A stretch of DNA of 64,000 nucleotides from Candidatus Poribacteria bacterium (GCA_965116815.1 OZ220722.1:671050-735049), one strand, 5' to 3'; shown: positions 45,256-55,499, counted from the first letter of the stretch. Numbers and translations are program-made. The notes: a model not told the origin generated them from the letters alone.

Positions 45256-46230
45256 ATGAGCACGAATGTTGTCGGTGTGGATATGGGTGGCACCAAGATT
45301 CTATCGGCTGTCATTGATTCAGAAGGGAATATTTTAAGTACAGCCAAAGTACCAACCAAAGCAGATAAAGGTCCATCCATTGTGATTGATCGGATCGCGG
45401 CATCTATCCAAAGGGCTATTGATAAGTCAGGCGTTCCCGCGGCCTCGATTCAATCTGTCGGAATTGGCGCGCCGGGACCACTTGACCCAGCCACAGGCGT
45501 TGTTATTTTTGCCCCCAACCTCCGCTGGAAGAATGTCCGACTCAAGGAGGAATTGGAAGCACGCGTCAATATTCCGACATTTGTTGACAATGATGTGAAC
45601 GTCGGGACACTCGGTGAACACGTATTCGGTGCGGGGAAAGATTTTCAGAACGTCGTCGGGATTTTTGTAGGGACTGGCATTGGTGGCGGAATTATTTTGC
45701 AGGGCGAACTTTTTCATGGTGCAAGTAAGACGGCTGGCGAAATCGGGCATATCATTGTCAAAGCAGGGGGACCAAGATGTGGATGCGGTACGCGTGGCTG
45801 CTTAGAGGCACTCGCGAGCCGCACTGCGATGGCAAAACAGTTTCAGAAGGCAATTCTAAAGAATGGGAAAAAAAGCGTGCTCTCCGAACTCACTGATGGT
45901 GACTTGCGGACGGTTCGGAGCGGGGTGTTGGCGAAAGCGATTCGCGCAAATGATAAACTAACCCTGAAAGTTATCAAAAGGGCAACGAAATACCTCGGTA
46001 TCGGTATTGGTTCTATTGTAAATTTCTTGAATCCAGAAATGATTATACTCGGCGGTGGAGTCGTTGAAGCACTGGACGATACATTTTTGGACAGCATCCG
46101 AGCTGCTGCGAAAAAATACGCACTGCCCAACACGCTGGACGGGGTCCAGATTGTACCGGCAAAACTGGGAGACAATGCCGGTATCCTTGGCGCAGCAGCA
46201 CTGGCACGACAGCGCTCCGAAACCGGGTAG
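45256..46230 (+). CDS. ROK-family sugar kinase (glucokinase-like).
   Basis: VVGVDMGGTKILSAVID... The ROK zinc motif is GGPRCGCGTRGCLEA. RBS AGGGAG, start at 45256 rather than the track's 45142. Confidence 0.8.
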   Translation: MSTNVVGVDMGGTKILSAVIDSEGNILSTAKVPTKADKGPSIVIDRIAASIQRAIDKSGVPAASIQSVGIGAPGPLDPATGVVIFAPNLRWKNVRLKEELEARVNIPTFVDNDVNVGTLGEHVFGAGKDFQNVVGIFVGTGIGGGIILQGELFHGASKTAGEIGHIIVKAGGPRCGCGTRGCLEALASRTAMAKQFQKAILKNGKKSVLSELTDGDLRTVRSGVLAKAIRANDKLTLKVIKRATKYLGIGIGSIVNFLNPEMIILGGGVVEALDDTFLDSIRAAAKKYALPNTLDGVQIVPAKLGDNAGILGAAALARQRSETG

Positions 46231-46280
46231 GATAACCGAGGCACGGAGGTATCGTTTTATAAGTTGAGGGGGATACATCT

Positions 46281-47963
46281 ATGTTAGTAGATGATAACAG
46301 AGAAGAACATCGGATGATGATTTTCGGTAACGATAGTCGTCTCGTCCAAGACCAGTTAATCGTGGAAAGCAAGGCAAAGTCGGAGGGGATCCTTGCGCAG
46401 AAGGTTCACGCGGATTCCTATACCGTCACGCTGTATGTATTACTGAAGGATTACGGGCTCACACCCGTCTTTCGCATCAAGCCGCGCATCCGTTTCCACC
46501 GCTCTAACTACGATAATCTCTCTTCAAGCGCACCCATCCGATATAGCCTTGACGACATCATCCACTTCGCTGAGTTGAAACGCGGTGTTGACTTGACGGA
46601 AAAGATTGACGATGTCAAACTCGCGGAAATCCTTGGGGACGCGCCTGCCCTCAAGGATGTAACGGATGATCCAGCACTGCACCTGGTCTCACAGCGCGAT
46701 GTGTCGCTCCGAAATCCGCCGTTCAAAACCAAGACTAAGATTTTTGGGCAAAGTGAAGATGAAGGTGTAGAAGAGGGAGGCATCCGTATAGGAACCTTCC
46801 TTGATGCCCTGAATCAACCGAAACGCACCGAGCAAATTTTCAAACGGTTTGCGAAAGGAAGTGAATTCGCTCGCGATTTGCGGGAGGCTTTAGCACCCTA
46901 CGAAGATTTTGAGTTTCAATTCGGACTCTATTCCCGATATGAACGACGAGATTGCATCTTGGCGAATGGGGACGAAGAGACCAGCGGGAATTACCGAGCA
47001 ACATTCGATCCTTGGACAGCACTCGGATATATCCGAACTGCTGCTGGTGATACACAGCAGTTCCAGATTTTAATGCATGAACGCGGGACACGATGGGAAC
47101 ATAAAATTATGTTGGAGCAGCTGGATACTCCGACGCTTGATCGCCTCGCGACAGAGATTCCGAGGCTTCGCTGCGAGTACCTAATTGGGCGAGTCTTATC
47201 CAAAAGCCAGACTGCCTTGACACGCTTGGCTGAACTTCGTCAATCCCAGTTAAATCTGACAACCGATTTACACACCGGATATACACTCCGACTTGAAATA
47301 CCTGTTTCTCAAAAACGGTTTTCTGTCATAGAACACCGCCGGAAATTGCGCCAGACATTTAACGGCGGCGGTGCTTATCGCCTCCATCCACTGAATGGTG
47401 AATTTGTCGAGAAACATCATAACATGGCGAAGGGTATCCGAGATGGGATCGTCTGGACCTTGGATTCCGTGGACCTATTTACAGGACAACCGGCTTTAGA
47501 GGAGAACGATGACGGGTTTCTTATCATCAAAACGCCGCATCAAAATAAGTTTGTCGTCCGTTCTGCCGAAGAGCTTCGCGAACGTCTCCCGACAAACGGG
47601 TTTGAGAAGTGTTGGAATGAAGCAATTGATATGGGCGGCTATACTGTCCTCAACCAGATGAGTGGTAGGGTCTATATGGTGAGTTACGGACGGAGAAATA
47701 CTGGCAGCATCCATGAGGGCAATAGTACGAAAGAGGATGTCGCGCATTATCTTTCAATTGACTACCTCGGCGTAGATCCTACACGTGTTGGCGTTTCACG
47801 TTTTGGGGTACCTGCCCATGTCCAGCAGAGTTTCTTTGACAGACTTTTCAGTAGACAACCTGTATCGCCGCTCTTTAGCCAGTTGATCCAAACCGAGGCA
47901 CAGGTCCTTGCAGAAATAAAAACGCTTGCGCGGTACTGTAGGGAAAAGTTAGAGATTTTATAA
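46281..47963 (+). CDS. Hypothetical protein (560 aa), with no recognisable domain.
   Basis: Long ORF with good coding character, lying immediately upstream of the ATPase/TOPRIM pair. Confidence 0.45.
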   Translation: MLVDDNREEHRMMIFGNDSRLVQDQLIVESKAKSEGILAQKVHADSYTVTLYVLLKDYGLTPVFRIKPRIRFHRSNYDNLSSSAPIRYSLDDIIHFAELKRGVDLTEKIDDVKLAEILGDAPALKDVTDDPALHLVSQRDVSLRNPPFKTKTKIFGQSEDEGVEEGGIRIGTFLDALNQPKRTEQIFKRFAKGSEFARDLREALAPYEDFEFQFGLYSRYERRDCILANGDEETSGNYRATFDPWTALGYIRTAAGDTQQFQILMHERGTRWEHKIMLEQLDTPTLDRLATEIPRLRCEYLIGRVLSKSQTALTRLAELRQSQLNLTTDLHTGYTLRLEIPVSQKRFSVIEHRRKLRQTFNGGGAYRLHPLNGEFVEKHHNMAKGIRDGIVWTLDSVDLFTGQPALEENDDGFLIIKTPHQNKFVVRSAEELRERLPTNGFEKCWNEAIDMGGYTVLNQMSGRVYMVSYGRRNTGSIHEGNSTKEDVAHYLSIDYLGVDPTRVGVSRFGVPAHVQQSFFDRLFSRQPVSPLFSQLIQTEAQVLAEIKTLARYCREKLEIL

Positions 47964-48008
47964 GCATTCAGATTTTACGTTGGGAACTATCTCTGTGAGG
48001 TAAAACAG

Positions 48009-49238
48009 ATGATACAATATCTTAAAGTTGAAGGACTCAATAACCGGTTTGATGGCGAATTTGAGTTTAATGAAGACTTAAACATTTTTACTGGAGCAAA
48101 CGGTTCAGGTAAAACAACATTGTTGAAACTTATTTGGTATCTAATCAGCGGCAATTTGGAGCGAATTCTTCTTGAAATTCCGTTTCGTTCGGTTTCGCTT
48201 CGGACGGATCTATTTGCTTTGAGCATAACTCGAGTTAATTCGGATGAGGTGCAGTTTGTTAGTAAGAAAAATACCTTCTCAAGATCGGTAGATTTTACTA
48301 TCGCTGCGAATTCCGAAACTGGAAACCTAGAGAAACAAACGGATGCAGAAGAAATAGATGAACTTAATACCGATATAGCTAATGCAATGAAGAGTAGTCT
48401 ATTTTTCCCAACCTTCAGAAGGATTGAAGGAGGCTTTTCTACTTCTCATATTCCCAACAAGTATATTCCGATTGAGCCGAGCACCACTAGAAGAAAGGTA
48501 TATAGTTATCGGATGGCAGAAGATCTTCGAGAGGCAATATCAGAGCTCACGGATGTGGTATCGGTTCATGAACATAAGTTCATTGTTTCAATCTCAACAG
48601 ATGATATATCAGCTTTGTTGCCACAAAAATACGCCAATATTTCCCAAAATATAGACAAACTTCAAGTAGAGTCGTCACAAGAAATCACACAGAAGATTAA
48701 AGATTATTTTGATAATGAAAAAGAGTCTGAAGTCAAGGAATCTCAAAAAGCACGACTTGTGTTAGACAAGATTCAAAAAAGGGTTGAGCAGGTTACTTCT
48801 AACCGAGAGATCCTGCTTAAACCATTTTCTGTGCTATCTGATCTTATTCAAAACATTTTGCAATATAAATCAGTTAATGTCTCTGGACAGATTGTGCGTG
48901 ACGATGACACAGAAGGAATTACTTTTGATGAAGGTGCAGAAGGAATTACGCTTAGTGCAACAAAGGGAGCAATATCTTCTGACAAACTCTCTTCTGGTGA
49001 AAAGCAAATGCTCAGTTTTTTGTGTTACAACGCTTTTTACAAGGATACGGCTATCTTCATTGATGAACCTGAGTTAAGTCTCCATGTCGATTGGCAAGGG
49101 CTTCTCCTATCAACTTTGCTTGAGCAGGCAACAGGAAATCAGTTTTTCGTTGCCACCCACTCACCTTTCATCTATACTATGTATCCTGACAAGGAGTTTA
49201 TGTTAGATGATACTCGGGGATATCAAGGAGAGACTTAA
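48009..49238 (+). CDS. ABC/SMC-type AAA ATPase (AAA_15/AAA_21-like).
   Basis: Walker A FTGANGSGKTTLLKLI. C-terminal signature/Walker B region LSSGEKQMLSFL...AIFIDEPELSLH...FVATHSP. Lower GC than the neighbours. Confidence 0.7.
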   Translation: MIQYLKVEGLNNRFDGEFEFNEDLNIFTGANGSGKTTLLKLIWYLISGNLERILLEIPFRSVSLRTDLFALSITRVNSDEVQFVSKKNTFSRSVDFTIAANSETGNLEKQTDAEEIDELNTDIANAMKSSLFFPTFRRIEGGFSTSHIPNKYIPIEPSTTRRKVYSYRMAEDLREAISELTDVVSVHEHKFIVSISTDDISALLPQKYANISQNIDKLQVESSQEITQKIKDYFDNEKESEVKESQKARLVLDKIQKRVEQVTSNREILLKPFSVLSDLIQNILQYKSVNVSGQIVRDDDTEGITFDEGAEGITLSATKGAISSDKLSSGEKQMLSFLCYNAFYKDTAIFIDEPELSLHVDWQGLLLSTLLEQATGNQFFVATHSPFIYTMYPDKEFMLDDTRGYQGET

Positions 49239-50020
49239 TGCCAACGCCGAATCCGATGACGGTGGAGCATTTAGTTGGTGTTCTGCGGAGGTCTCGCAAA
49301 CCGAGCATTGTTGTTGAGGGAGATGATGATGTAGTCATCTATCGGGAATTAGCCAAGCGAATCGGAATACTTGAAGTTGTTTTACGACCTTCTGGTGGAA
49401 GGGAAAAATTACTCCAAGTTTATGAGCGCAGAAGTGAATTTATCCAAATCCCTGTTGCTTTTATTGCAGATCAGGATATGTGGTTATTTTCTGGGATTGA
49501 GCCAGGTTACGAAGATGTTATTTGGACTAACGGATATAGTATTGAAAACGACTTGTATTCCGATGCAGGCTTAGAACGTCTTTTGGATGAAAGTGATACA
49601 CTTGAACATCAACAAATTCTGGATTCTATCAGCGTGTGGTTTGCATTTGCCGTTGAGGAGTATTTAGCAGGAAACGCTCCAAAGCTTGATCTGCATTGTG
49701 ACGAAATGGTTCCACCTGGTAAAACTGAATTGGATGCCGACTTTTGCGTACGTCAAAGTTTTCGCACTCCTAATACAGAGCGAGTGCAACAAATCAGATC
49801 CGCATATCAACTGTTACTCAGAGGAAAACAACTTTTCCAGTTGTTAGTTCGTTTCCTGAGCAAGCCCATCCACGGTTTTGAGAAAGCAAGCCTTAACGAT
49901 TATGCTCTGTACAATTTGGCACTCAGAATGCCGGAACAGTACCCATTGCTGGATGGATTAATGGAAAAAGTAAAGCAAAAAATTGCAGCGCAACAACCAC
50001 TTCCTGATACACCTCAATAA
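49238..50020 (+). CDS. TOPRIM-like (OLD/DUF4435-like) protein, partner of the upstream ATPase.
   Basis: IVVEGDDDVVIY (Toprim E-G...D motif) followed by AFIADQDMW (DxD-like). Its start overlaps the ATPase stop by 1 nt. Low GC. Confidence 0.45.
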   Translation: MPTPNPMTVEHLVGVLRRSRKPSIVVEGDDDVVIYRELAKRIGILEVVLRPSGGREKLLQVYERRSEFIQIPVAFIADQDMWLFSGIEPGYEDVIWTNGYSIENDLYSDAGLERLLDESDTLEHQQILDSISVWFAFAVEEYLAGNAPKLDLHCDEMVPPGKTELDADFCVRQSFRTPNTERVQQIRSAYQLLLRGKQLFQLLVRFLSKPIHGFEKASLNDYALYNLALRMPEQYPLLDGLMEKVKQKIAAQQPLPDTPQ

Positions 50021-50043
50021 CCTTTGAAGGAAACACTAAACAA

Positions 50044-50871
50044 ATGCCAAACCGCAGAAAAGTCCTTATCACCGGCGCATCAGGCTATGTCGCCGGACGG
50101 ATGCTCCCAGAATTTCGCCAACGTTATGAACTCGTACTGCTGGACGTGAAGACCACGAATCGGCAGGGAGAGGAAGTCGAAGGGATTCAGATTGCTGAAC
50201 TCACGGATCCTGACCGAAACGCATACCGTCATCATTTTGAAGGCGTTGACGCTGTCGTCCACTGTGCCTTTAAGGGTGGTAGTTTTGAGAACGAGCTTGC
50301 CAACGTTCAGATGGCATACAACCTCTACCAAACCTGCGTTGAAACCGATGTCCGGCGCGTCGTCGTTTGTAGTTCTAACCACGCCGCCGACTATTATGAA
50401 CGTCTCATCTGGGCAGATAAGTGGGATGTGGTGACACCGGAAATGCGTCCGCTCTCCGATAACTTCTACGGGTGGGCAAAAGAGGCGTATGAGCACCTCG
50501 GTTTTGTCTTTGCAACGGGACACGTTGACGGTAAGAAATTACAGAATATCCAGTTGCGTATCGGTGGACCGCGCGAGACAGATATGGCGAATTCTTCAGC
50601 AGACGATTTGAAGGCGATGCGCCGCGGACTCGGCGCGTATTTGAGCGTCCGAGATCAGGTCCAACTCTTCGTCAAGAGCATTGAGACGGAAAACATAGAG
50701 GACGAAAACGGGATTCCGTTCCAGATTTTCTACGGCATCAGTGATAACTCACATAAGTTCTGGAGTATCGCCAACGCACGGAAAGTAATAGGCTATGCAC
50801 CAGAGGACGACAGTCAACTTCGCTTTGCCGATCGGTTGGCAGAATTGTTAGAGCAGGCGAAAGATAAGTAA
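50044..50871 (+). CDS. NAD-dependent epimerase/dehydratase family (extended SDR) protein.
   Basis: VLITGASGYVAGRM is a Rossmann GxxGxxG motif. About 275 aa. Confidence 0.7.
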   Translation: MPNRRKVLITGASGYVAGRMLPEFRQRYELVLLDVKTTNRQGEEVEGIQIAELTDPDRNAYRHHFEGVDAVVHCAFKGGSFENELANVQMAYNLYQTCVETDVRRVVVCSSNHAADYYERLIWADKWDVVTPEMRPLSDNFYGWAKEAYEHLGFVFATGHVDGKKLQNIQLRIGGPRETDMANSSADDLKAMRRGLGAYLSVRDQVQLFVKSIETENIEDENGIPFQIFYGISDNSHKFWSIANARKVIGYAPEDDSQLRFADRLAELLEQAKDK

Positions 50872-50895
50872 TTCCCTCCTTTAAGGATTCCCACA

Positions 50896-51918
50896 ATGCC
50901 GAACTTTACAGCAGAGGAACTCACCGAAATTTGCCGTAACGTCTTTCAAGAATTAAATATCCCGGCAGCCGAAGCGGAAATCGTGACCCGCTCTATGGTG
51001 GATGCTAACCGCGTCGGACACGATTCACACGGCGTTATTCACCTCCCAAAATATGTCCGAGAATTGGAGGAAAGATTAATCCAGCCCGGTGCGCCAACAG
51101 AGACGCTACACGAATCTGCCTCCATCGCAGTGTTAGATGGGAATTGGGGGTTCGGTCCCGTAATCGCGACGCGCGCCGTTGAATTGGCAATCCAGAAGGC
51201 GAAACAGACGGATCTTAGTTCTGTCGCTGTGTCACGCTGCAATGAGGTGGGCAGGTTAGGTGGATACGCGTGCCTCGCTGCAGATGCAGGGATGATCGCA
51301 CTGCTCATGGCGAACGACCATGGCGGTGGCACATGTGTCGCACCGCACGGCGGCGTTGAAGGCAGACTCTCTACAAATCCGCTCGCGTGTGCAGTGCCGA
51401 TTGAGGGGCAGGATCCGATTGTACAGGATATGTCGACGAGTGTTGTCGCATCGGGGAAGATTCGGGTCAAACAGCATCGGAATGAAGCAGTGCCGTACGG
51501 ATGGCTCATTGACGCGGAAGGCGCGTCAACCACTGATGCAGACGACTTCTATGGCACACCACCTGCCGCCATATTACCGTTCGGTGGAATTGCTGCACAC
51601 AAAGGATTCGGGTTGAGTGTCATTGTTGACATCTTGTCGGGGGCACTTACGGGAGCAGGGTGTAGCAGGAGTGAGGATGCCCGCGTCGGCAATGGGTTGT
51701 TCGTGCTGGTGATTAACGTTGCGAGTTTTAGAGGGTTTCCGGGGTTCAGTGCGGAGATAGAACGGTTTATTGCGTATCTCAAATCGGCGAAGCGCATTGC
51801 TGGTGTTGACGCAATTCGGATGCCGGGTGAACGCGGTTGGGAAGAGCAACGCAGGCGGGAACGGGACGGTATTCCGATAGACGCAGAAACATGGACACAA
51901 ATTCAAACTCTTTTCTAA
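50896..51918 (+). CDS. Malate/L-lactate dehydrogenase family 2 (Ldh_2) oxidoreductase (ureidoglycolate/sulfolactate dehydrogenase-like).
   Basis: RVGHDSHGVIHLPKYV...GNWGFGPV...GGIAAHKGFGLSVIVDILSGALTGAG is the Ldh_2 family pattern. Confidence 0.75.
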   Translation: MPNFTAEELTEICRNVFQELNIPAAEAEIVTRSMVDANRVGHDSHGVIHLPKYVRELEERLIQPGAPTETLHESASIAVLDGNWGFGPVIATRAVELAIQKAKQTDLSSVAVSRCNEVGRLGGYACLAADAGMIALLMANDHGGGTCVAPHGGVEGRLSTNPLACAVPIEGQDPIVQDMSTSVVASGKIRVKQHRNEAVPYGWLIDAEGASTTDADDFYGTPPAAILPFGGIAAHKGFGLSVIVDILSGALTGAGCSRSEDARVGNGLFVLVINVASFRGFPGFSAEIERFIAYLKSAKRIAGVDAIRMPGERGWEEQRRRERDGIPIDAETWTQIQTLF

Positions 51919-52021
51919 TTTTCCTTGCGGTTCTTGAGGCAGGTTTTAGGAAGGATGTCCCTCTCCGTATATCCCGTTTCCCGGTTTCCCGTTGGCTGGG
52001 TTTACACTCTTTTCAATCTTT

Positions 52022-53125
52022 TCAATGGCGTGCGGGAGCTGTTAACGATTTGCCTGTCTCTGGGTGAAACAAATGCGCTTTGTCCATATTGAAGTTGACT
52101 GTCACTGGAGCATTGTGTTGTGGCACGTTGAGCAGATCCGATTGGGCAACGAAGTTGTTCTTCTCTGTCCGAAGGTATAAGAGGGCGTGGTTTCCGAGTG
52201 GCTCAACCAATTCTACCTGTGTACCAACGTTGTTCTTGCCATTCTCACCTACATAGATGTCCTCTGGACGGATCCCGAGCGTCACCGAATCCCCTGAAAG
52301 TTCGTTCAGTGTTGATTGGAGTTGGGCATTCAGTTCCACTTTGAAGGTTTCAAATTTAAGGGTTGGGGTGCCACCGTTGTTCACAATCTGCGTCTCTATA
52401 AAGTTCATCGGTGGCGTGCCGATGAAACCCCCGACGAATTGATTTGCCGGTTTATGATAAAGCGTTCCTGGATCGGCAATCTGCTGGATTTTCCCCTCAT
52501 TGAGCACCACGATCTGATCGCCCATCGTCATCGCTTCGACTTGGTCGTGTGTGACGTAGACGATGGTAGCGTTGAGCCGGTCGTGAAGCCGACTGATTTC
52601 CATCCGCATCTGCACCCGTAGTTTTGCATCGAGGTTGCTCAAGGGTTCATCGAATAGGAAGACCTTCGGGTGTCGAACGATTGCCCTACCGACAGCGACG
52701 CGTTGGCGTTCTCCACCGGAGAGATGCTTCGGTTTGCGGTTCAAAAGATGTGAAATGCTCAGAATCTCCGCCGCCTCTTTGACACGCGCATCAATCTCCG
52801 TTTTCGAGTATTTGCGAAGTTTCAACCCAAACGCCATGTTCTTATACACTGTCATGTGTGGATAGAGGGCATAGTTTTGGAAGACCATGGCGATATCCCT
52901 GTCTTTAGGAGGGATATCGTTAATGCGTTCCTCATCAATATAGATGTCCCCTTCCGTTATCTCTTCCAACCCGGCAATCATCCGTAAGATTGTTGATTTA
53001 CCGCAACCCGACGGACCGACAAGCACTGTAAACGACTCATCTGGAATCTGAAAATCCGCCTGTTCAACTGCGAGAACGTCACCGTCGTAAATTTTGGTGA
53101 CATCTTTCAAAGTAAGGTGTGCCAT
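52022..53125 (-). CDS. ABC transporter ATP-binding protein, MalK/UgpC-type sugar importer ATPase.
   Basis: Walker A GPSGCGKST, LSGGERQRVAVGRAI, Walker B VFLFDEPLSNLD, and a C-terminal TOBE-like regulatory domain. Confidence 0.85.
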   Translation of the reverse strand: MAHLTLKDVTKIYDGDVLAVEQADFQIPDESFTVLVGPSGCGKSTILRMIAGLEEITEGDIYIDEERINDIPPKDRDIAMVFQNYALYPHMTVYKNMAFGLKLRKYSKTEIDARVKEAAEILSISHLLNRKPKHLSGGERQRVAVGRAIVRHPKVFLFDEPLSNLDAKLRVQMRMEISRLHDRLNATIVYVTHDQVEAMTMGDQIVVLNEGKIQQIADPGTLYHKPANQFVGGFIGTPPMNFIETQIVNNGGTPTLKFETFKVELNAQLQSTLNELSGDSVTLGIRPEDIYVGENGKNNVGTQVELVEPLGNHALLYLRTEKNNFVAQSDLLNVPQHNAPVTVNFNMDKAHLFHPETGKSLTAPARH

Positions 53126-53213
53126 AATCCTGTGTTAATGAGGTGCTGCAAATAGGCGGGGTTTCAGACCCCGCCAGCAAAGTATGAGAGAAGCGTTACA
53201 CCCGCATTTATTC

Positions 53214-55499
53214 TCACGGACGAAACAGGGCTTCGTCAATTTCAGTGTTCAGCGTAACGTCGGTGATAAAGACTCGTCGGTATTCACCGTTCTTTGTCGT
53301 ACGATAATGCGGGATTTTAATGCCATCTACGTCCCGATAATCGTCAAGGAAGGCTACCACGTTTTCCTCTTCTCCACCTATCTCAACGTCATAACTAAAC
53401 TGGATTACGTAGTGGGTTTCTTTACTAATGAAGATTTTTAATTTTTTCCCGGAAGGCTGCGTAACGAGGAGAACGGATGTAGGTTCACCCTTTACCTGTT
53501 CTGTTCCTATGTATTGAACGGGAACATTGCTTTTCGAGAGGGTTGCCAAAAGCCACATAGGTTCTCGGAAAAGACTGTCCTTAAAGAAGCTAACATAAAA
53601 CTTAGTCTCCTCCGGTGGAACAGGTTTGACCTCTCCGGCTGCTATCACAAACACCGATTCTCCATCAAAGATTAGGTGGTTATCCTTCTGGGCGTGAATA
53701 CCCCAATCGCTGCGGACCCTGTTGGCATCAAAGTATGTTTTCGCCGGTCCCTCGTCCTGCATGGTTCCGTCCGGAAGGTGTTCAAAACTCTCAGATTCCA
53801 TCACAATGCTTTTCACTGCTTCGAGTTTCTCAAGTCCACCGTGCGCAGCGATAGCCGCGCTGATAATTTCTTTGACATCGGGTCCTACATTTTGCGCACC
53901 GTCAGGCGGATCGGAAGGTGTTCTTATAGGCGCATCGACGGGTTTCGCGAGATTTTCCGCCACCAATTCCGCAACAGCAGATTCAACATCAAAACCGCCG
54001 AGGCTCGCCTTTCGGATAATTCCCTCACTGTCAATTAAAAAAGCTGATGGAATGCCCCACACCCCGTATAGCGTCCTTAACTGCCGACTTTCATCCCAGT
54101 AGTGAATCCATCCAAGTCCTTCTTTTTCAATATATTCCTCAAGTGGTTGCTTTGACCTATCCAAGCTGATACCGATGATTTGGAAACCCTGATCCTTGTA
54201 TGCTTCATAGGTCCGCTTCACTTTGGGCATCTCGGCAATGCAGGGTCCACACCATGTTGCCCAGAAGTCCAGAAGCACAATTTGCCCTCGGAAGTCTTTC
54301 AAAGAAAGTTCTTCACCTTTCAAATTCGTTACCTGAAAATCTGGGGCAGGTTTACCGACCCACTCACTTGGATGTGTCCTGGCAGGCTTAATTGGTTCAT
54401 TTTTTTGAGAAGTTGTTTCCTGTTTCAGGAGTTTTGTCGCGGGTATCGACTGTGATTGCGAACCTGTCTCAGATGTTTTGGCAGGCTTCGCGAGATTTTC
54501 CTTCACCAAGTCCTCAACGGCATGTTCAAGCGCGTGTCCACGGAGGTTCGTCTTGCGGATGGTCCCCTCACCGTCAATCAGGAAGGTAGACGGAATTCCC
54601 CGCACCTTATACATATTACTAACTTTACCGCTGTTGTCCCAATAGTGAACCCATCCGAGTTCCTTTTTTTCAATGTATTCCTCAAGGGGCGTTATGGACC
54701 TGTCTAAACTAATACCGATAATCTGAAACTTCTGATCTTTATACTTTTCGTAAGTCCGCTTAACGTTCGGTATCTCAGCGATGCAGGGTCCGCACCACGT
54801 TGCCCAGAAATCCAGCAGTACAACCTGCCCTCGGTATTTTTCCAACGAGAGTTCGTCACCTTTCAGATCCGTTACCTGAAAGTCAAGTGCTGGTTTACCA
54901 ATCCACTCACTGGGGGGCGTTCCCATTCCCTGACTTGCCCCTGGCGGTTTCGGTAATTCACCCATTCGATCGGCTTTATCCTGTTCAAGGAGTCGCTTCG
55001 CAAATTTTGCTTGCGATCGTTTACCATACTTCGGGTGATCTATCAATTTCTGGTAAGCACCGTCTGCTGCATCGTGATTACCAAGTTTATCGTACGCCAA
55101 TCCTAAATCTAACAGGCAACGTTCAACATAACGAGCCTCTGGATAATTCCTGACGACTTTTTCAAAGGCTTCGATGCCTTCTTCAACACTCCCCAACTGC
55201 ACTAAGGCGTTGCCGAGAAGGTGATAGACTTCATCCACCCGTTTGTATTCTGGGTGCGCCGCAACAAAATCTCTCGACTTCTCAACTAACCGCTCTAACT
55301 CTTCCTGTGTCTTCTGCTTTTTGAGATTTTTAGAAATTGCCTTGATTTCCTGATACTTGTAAGCTGCTTTTATCGAAGCCGCATCAACGAAGTTCGCACA
55401 AAAACCGATTAGCACAAGGCTTATGAGTGCGCAAACGAGATGTGCACGGAAGCCTCTATTTCCGCTTTGTTGTGAATGTCTTTCATTTCGGGAGTACAT
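53214..55499 (-). CDS. Membrane-anchored protein with TPR-like repeats, two tandem TlpA/ResA-like thioredoxin domains and a C-terminal domain of unknown function.
   Basis: N-terminal TM helix LVCALISLVLIGFCANF. TPR-like helices. The FWATWCGPCIAE redox motif appears twice (LLDFWATWCGPCIAEIPNVK and LLDFWATWCGPCIAEMPKVK). Confidence 0.75.
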   Translation of the reverse strand: MYSRNERHSQQSGNRGFRAHLVCALISLVLIGFCANFVDAASIKAAYKYQEIKAISKNLKKQKTQEELERLVEKSRDFVAAHPEYKRVDEVYHLLGNALVQLGSVEEGIEAFEKVVRNYPEARYVERCLLDLGLAYDKLGNHDAADGAYQKLIDHPKYGKRSQAKFAKRLLEQDKADRMGELPKPPGASQGMGTPPSEWIGKPALDFQVTDLKGDELSLEKYRGQVVLLDFWATWCGPCIAEIPNVKRTYEKYKDQKFQIIGISLDRSITPLEEYIEKKELGWVHYWDNSGKVSNMYKVRGIPSTFLIDGEGTIRKTNLRGHALEHAVEDLVKENLAKPAKTSETGSQSQSIPATKLLKQETTSQKNEPIKPARTHPSEWVGKPAPDFQVTNLKGEELSLKDFRGQIVLLDFWATWCGPCIAEMPKVKRTYEAYKDQGFQIIGISLDRSKQPLEEYIEKEGLGWIHYWDESRQLRTLYGVWGIPSAFLIDSEGIIRKASLGGFDVESAVAELVAENLAKPVDAPIRTPSDPPDGAQNVGPDVKEIISAAIAAHGGLEKLEAVKSIVMESESFEHLPDGTMQDEGPAKTYFDANRVRSDWGIHAQKDNHLIFDGESVFVIAAGEVKPVPPEETKFYVSFFKDSLFREPMWLLATLSKSNVPVQYIGTEQVKGEPTSVLLVTQPSGKKLKIFISKETHYVIQFSYDVEIGGEEENVVAFLDDYRDVDGIKIPHYRTTKNGEYRRVFITDVTLNTEIDEALFRP

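Noticed and set aside
52022-53125. MalK-like ABC ATPase as the missing partner of the FtsX-domain giant protein
   Set aside because: It is 43 kb away and on a different transcription unit. Its sequence is the sugar-importer (MalK/UgpC) type with a TOBE domain, not the FtsE/MacB type.
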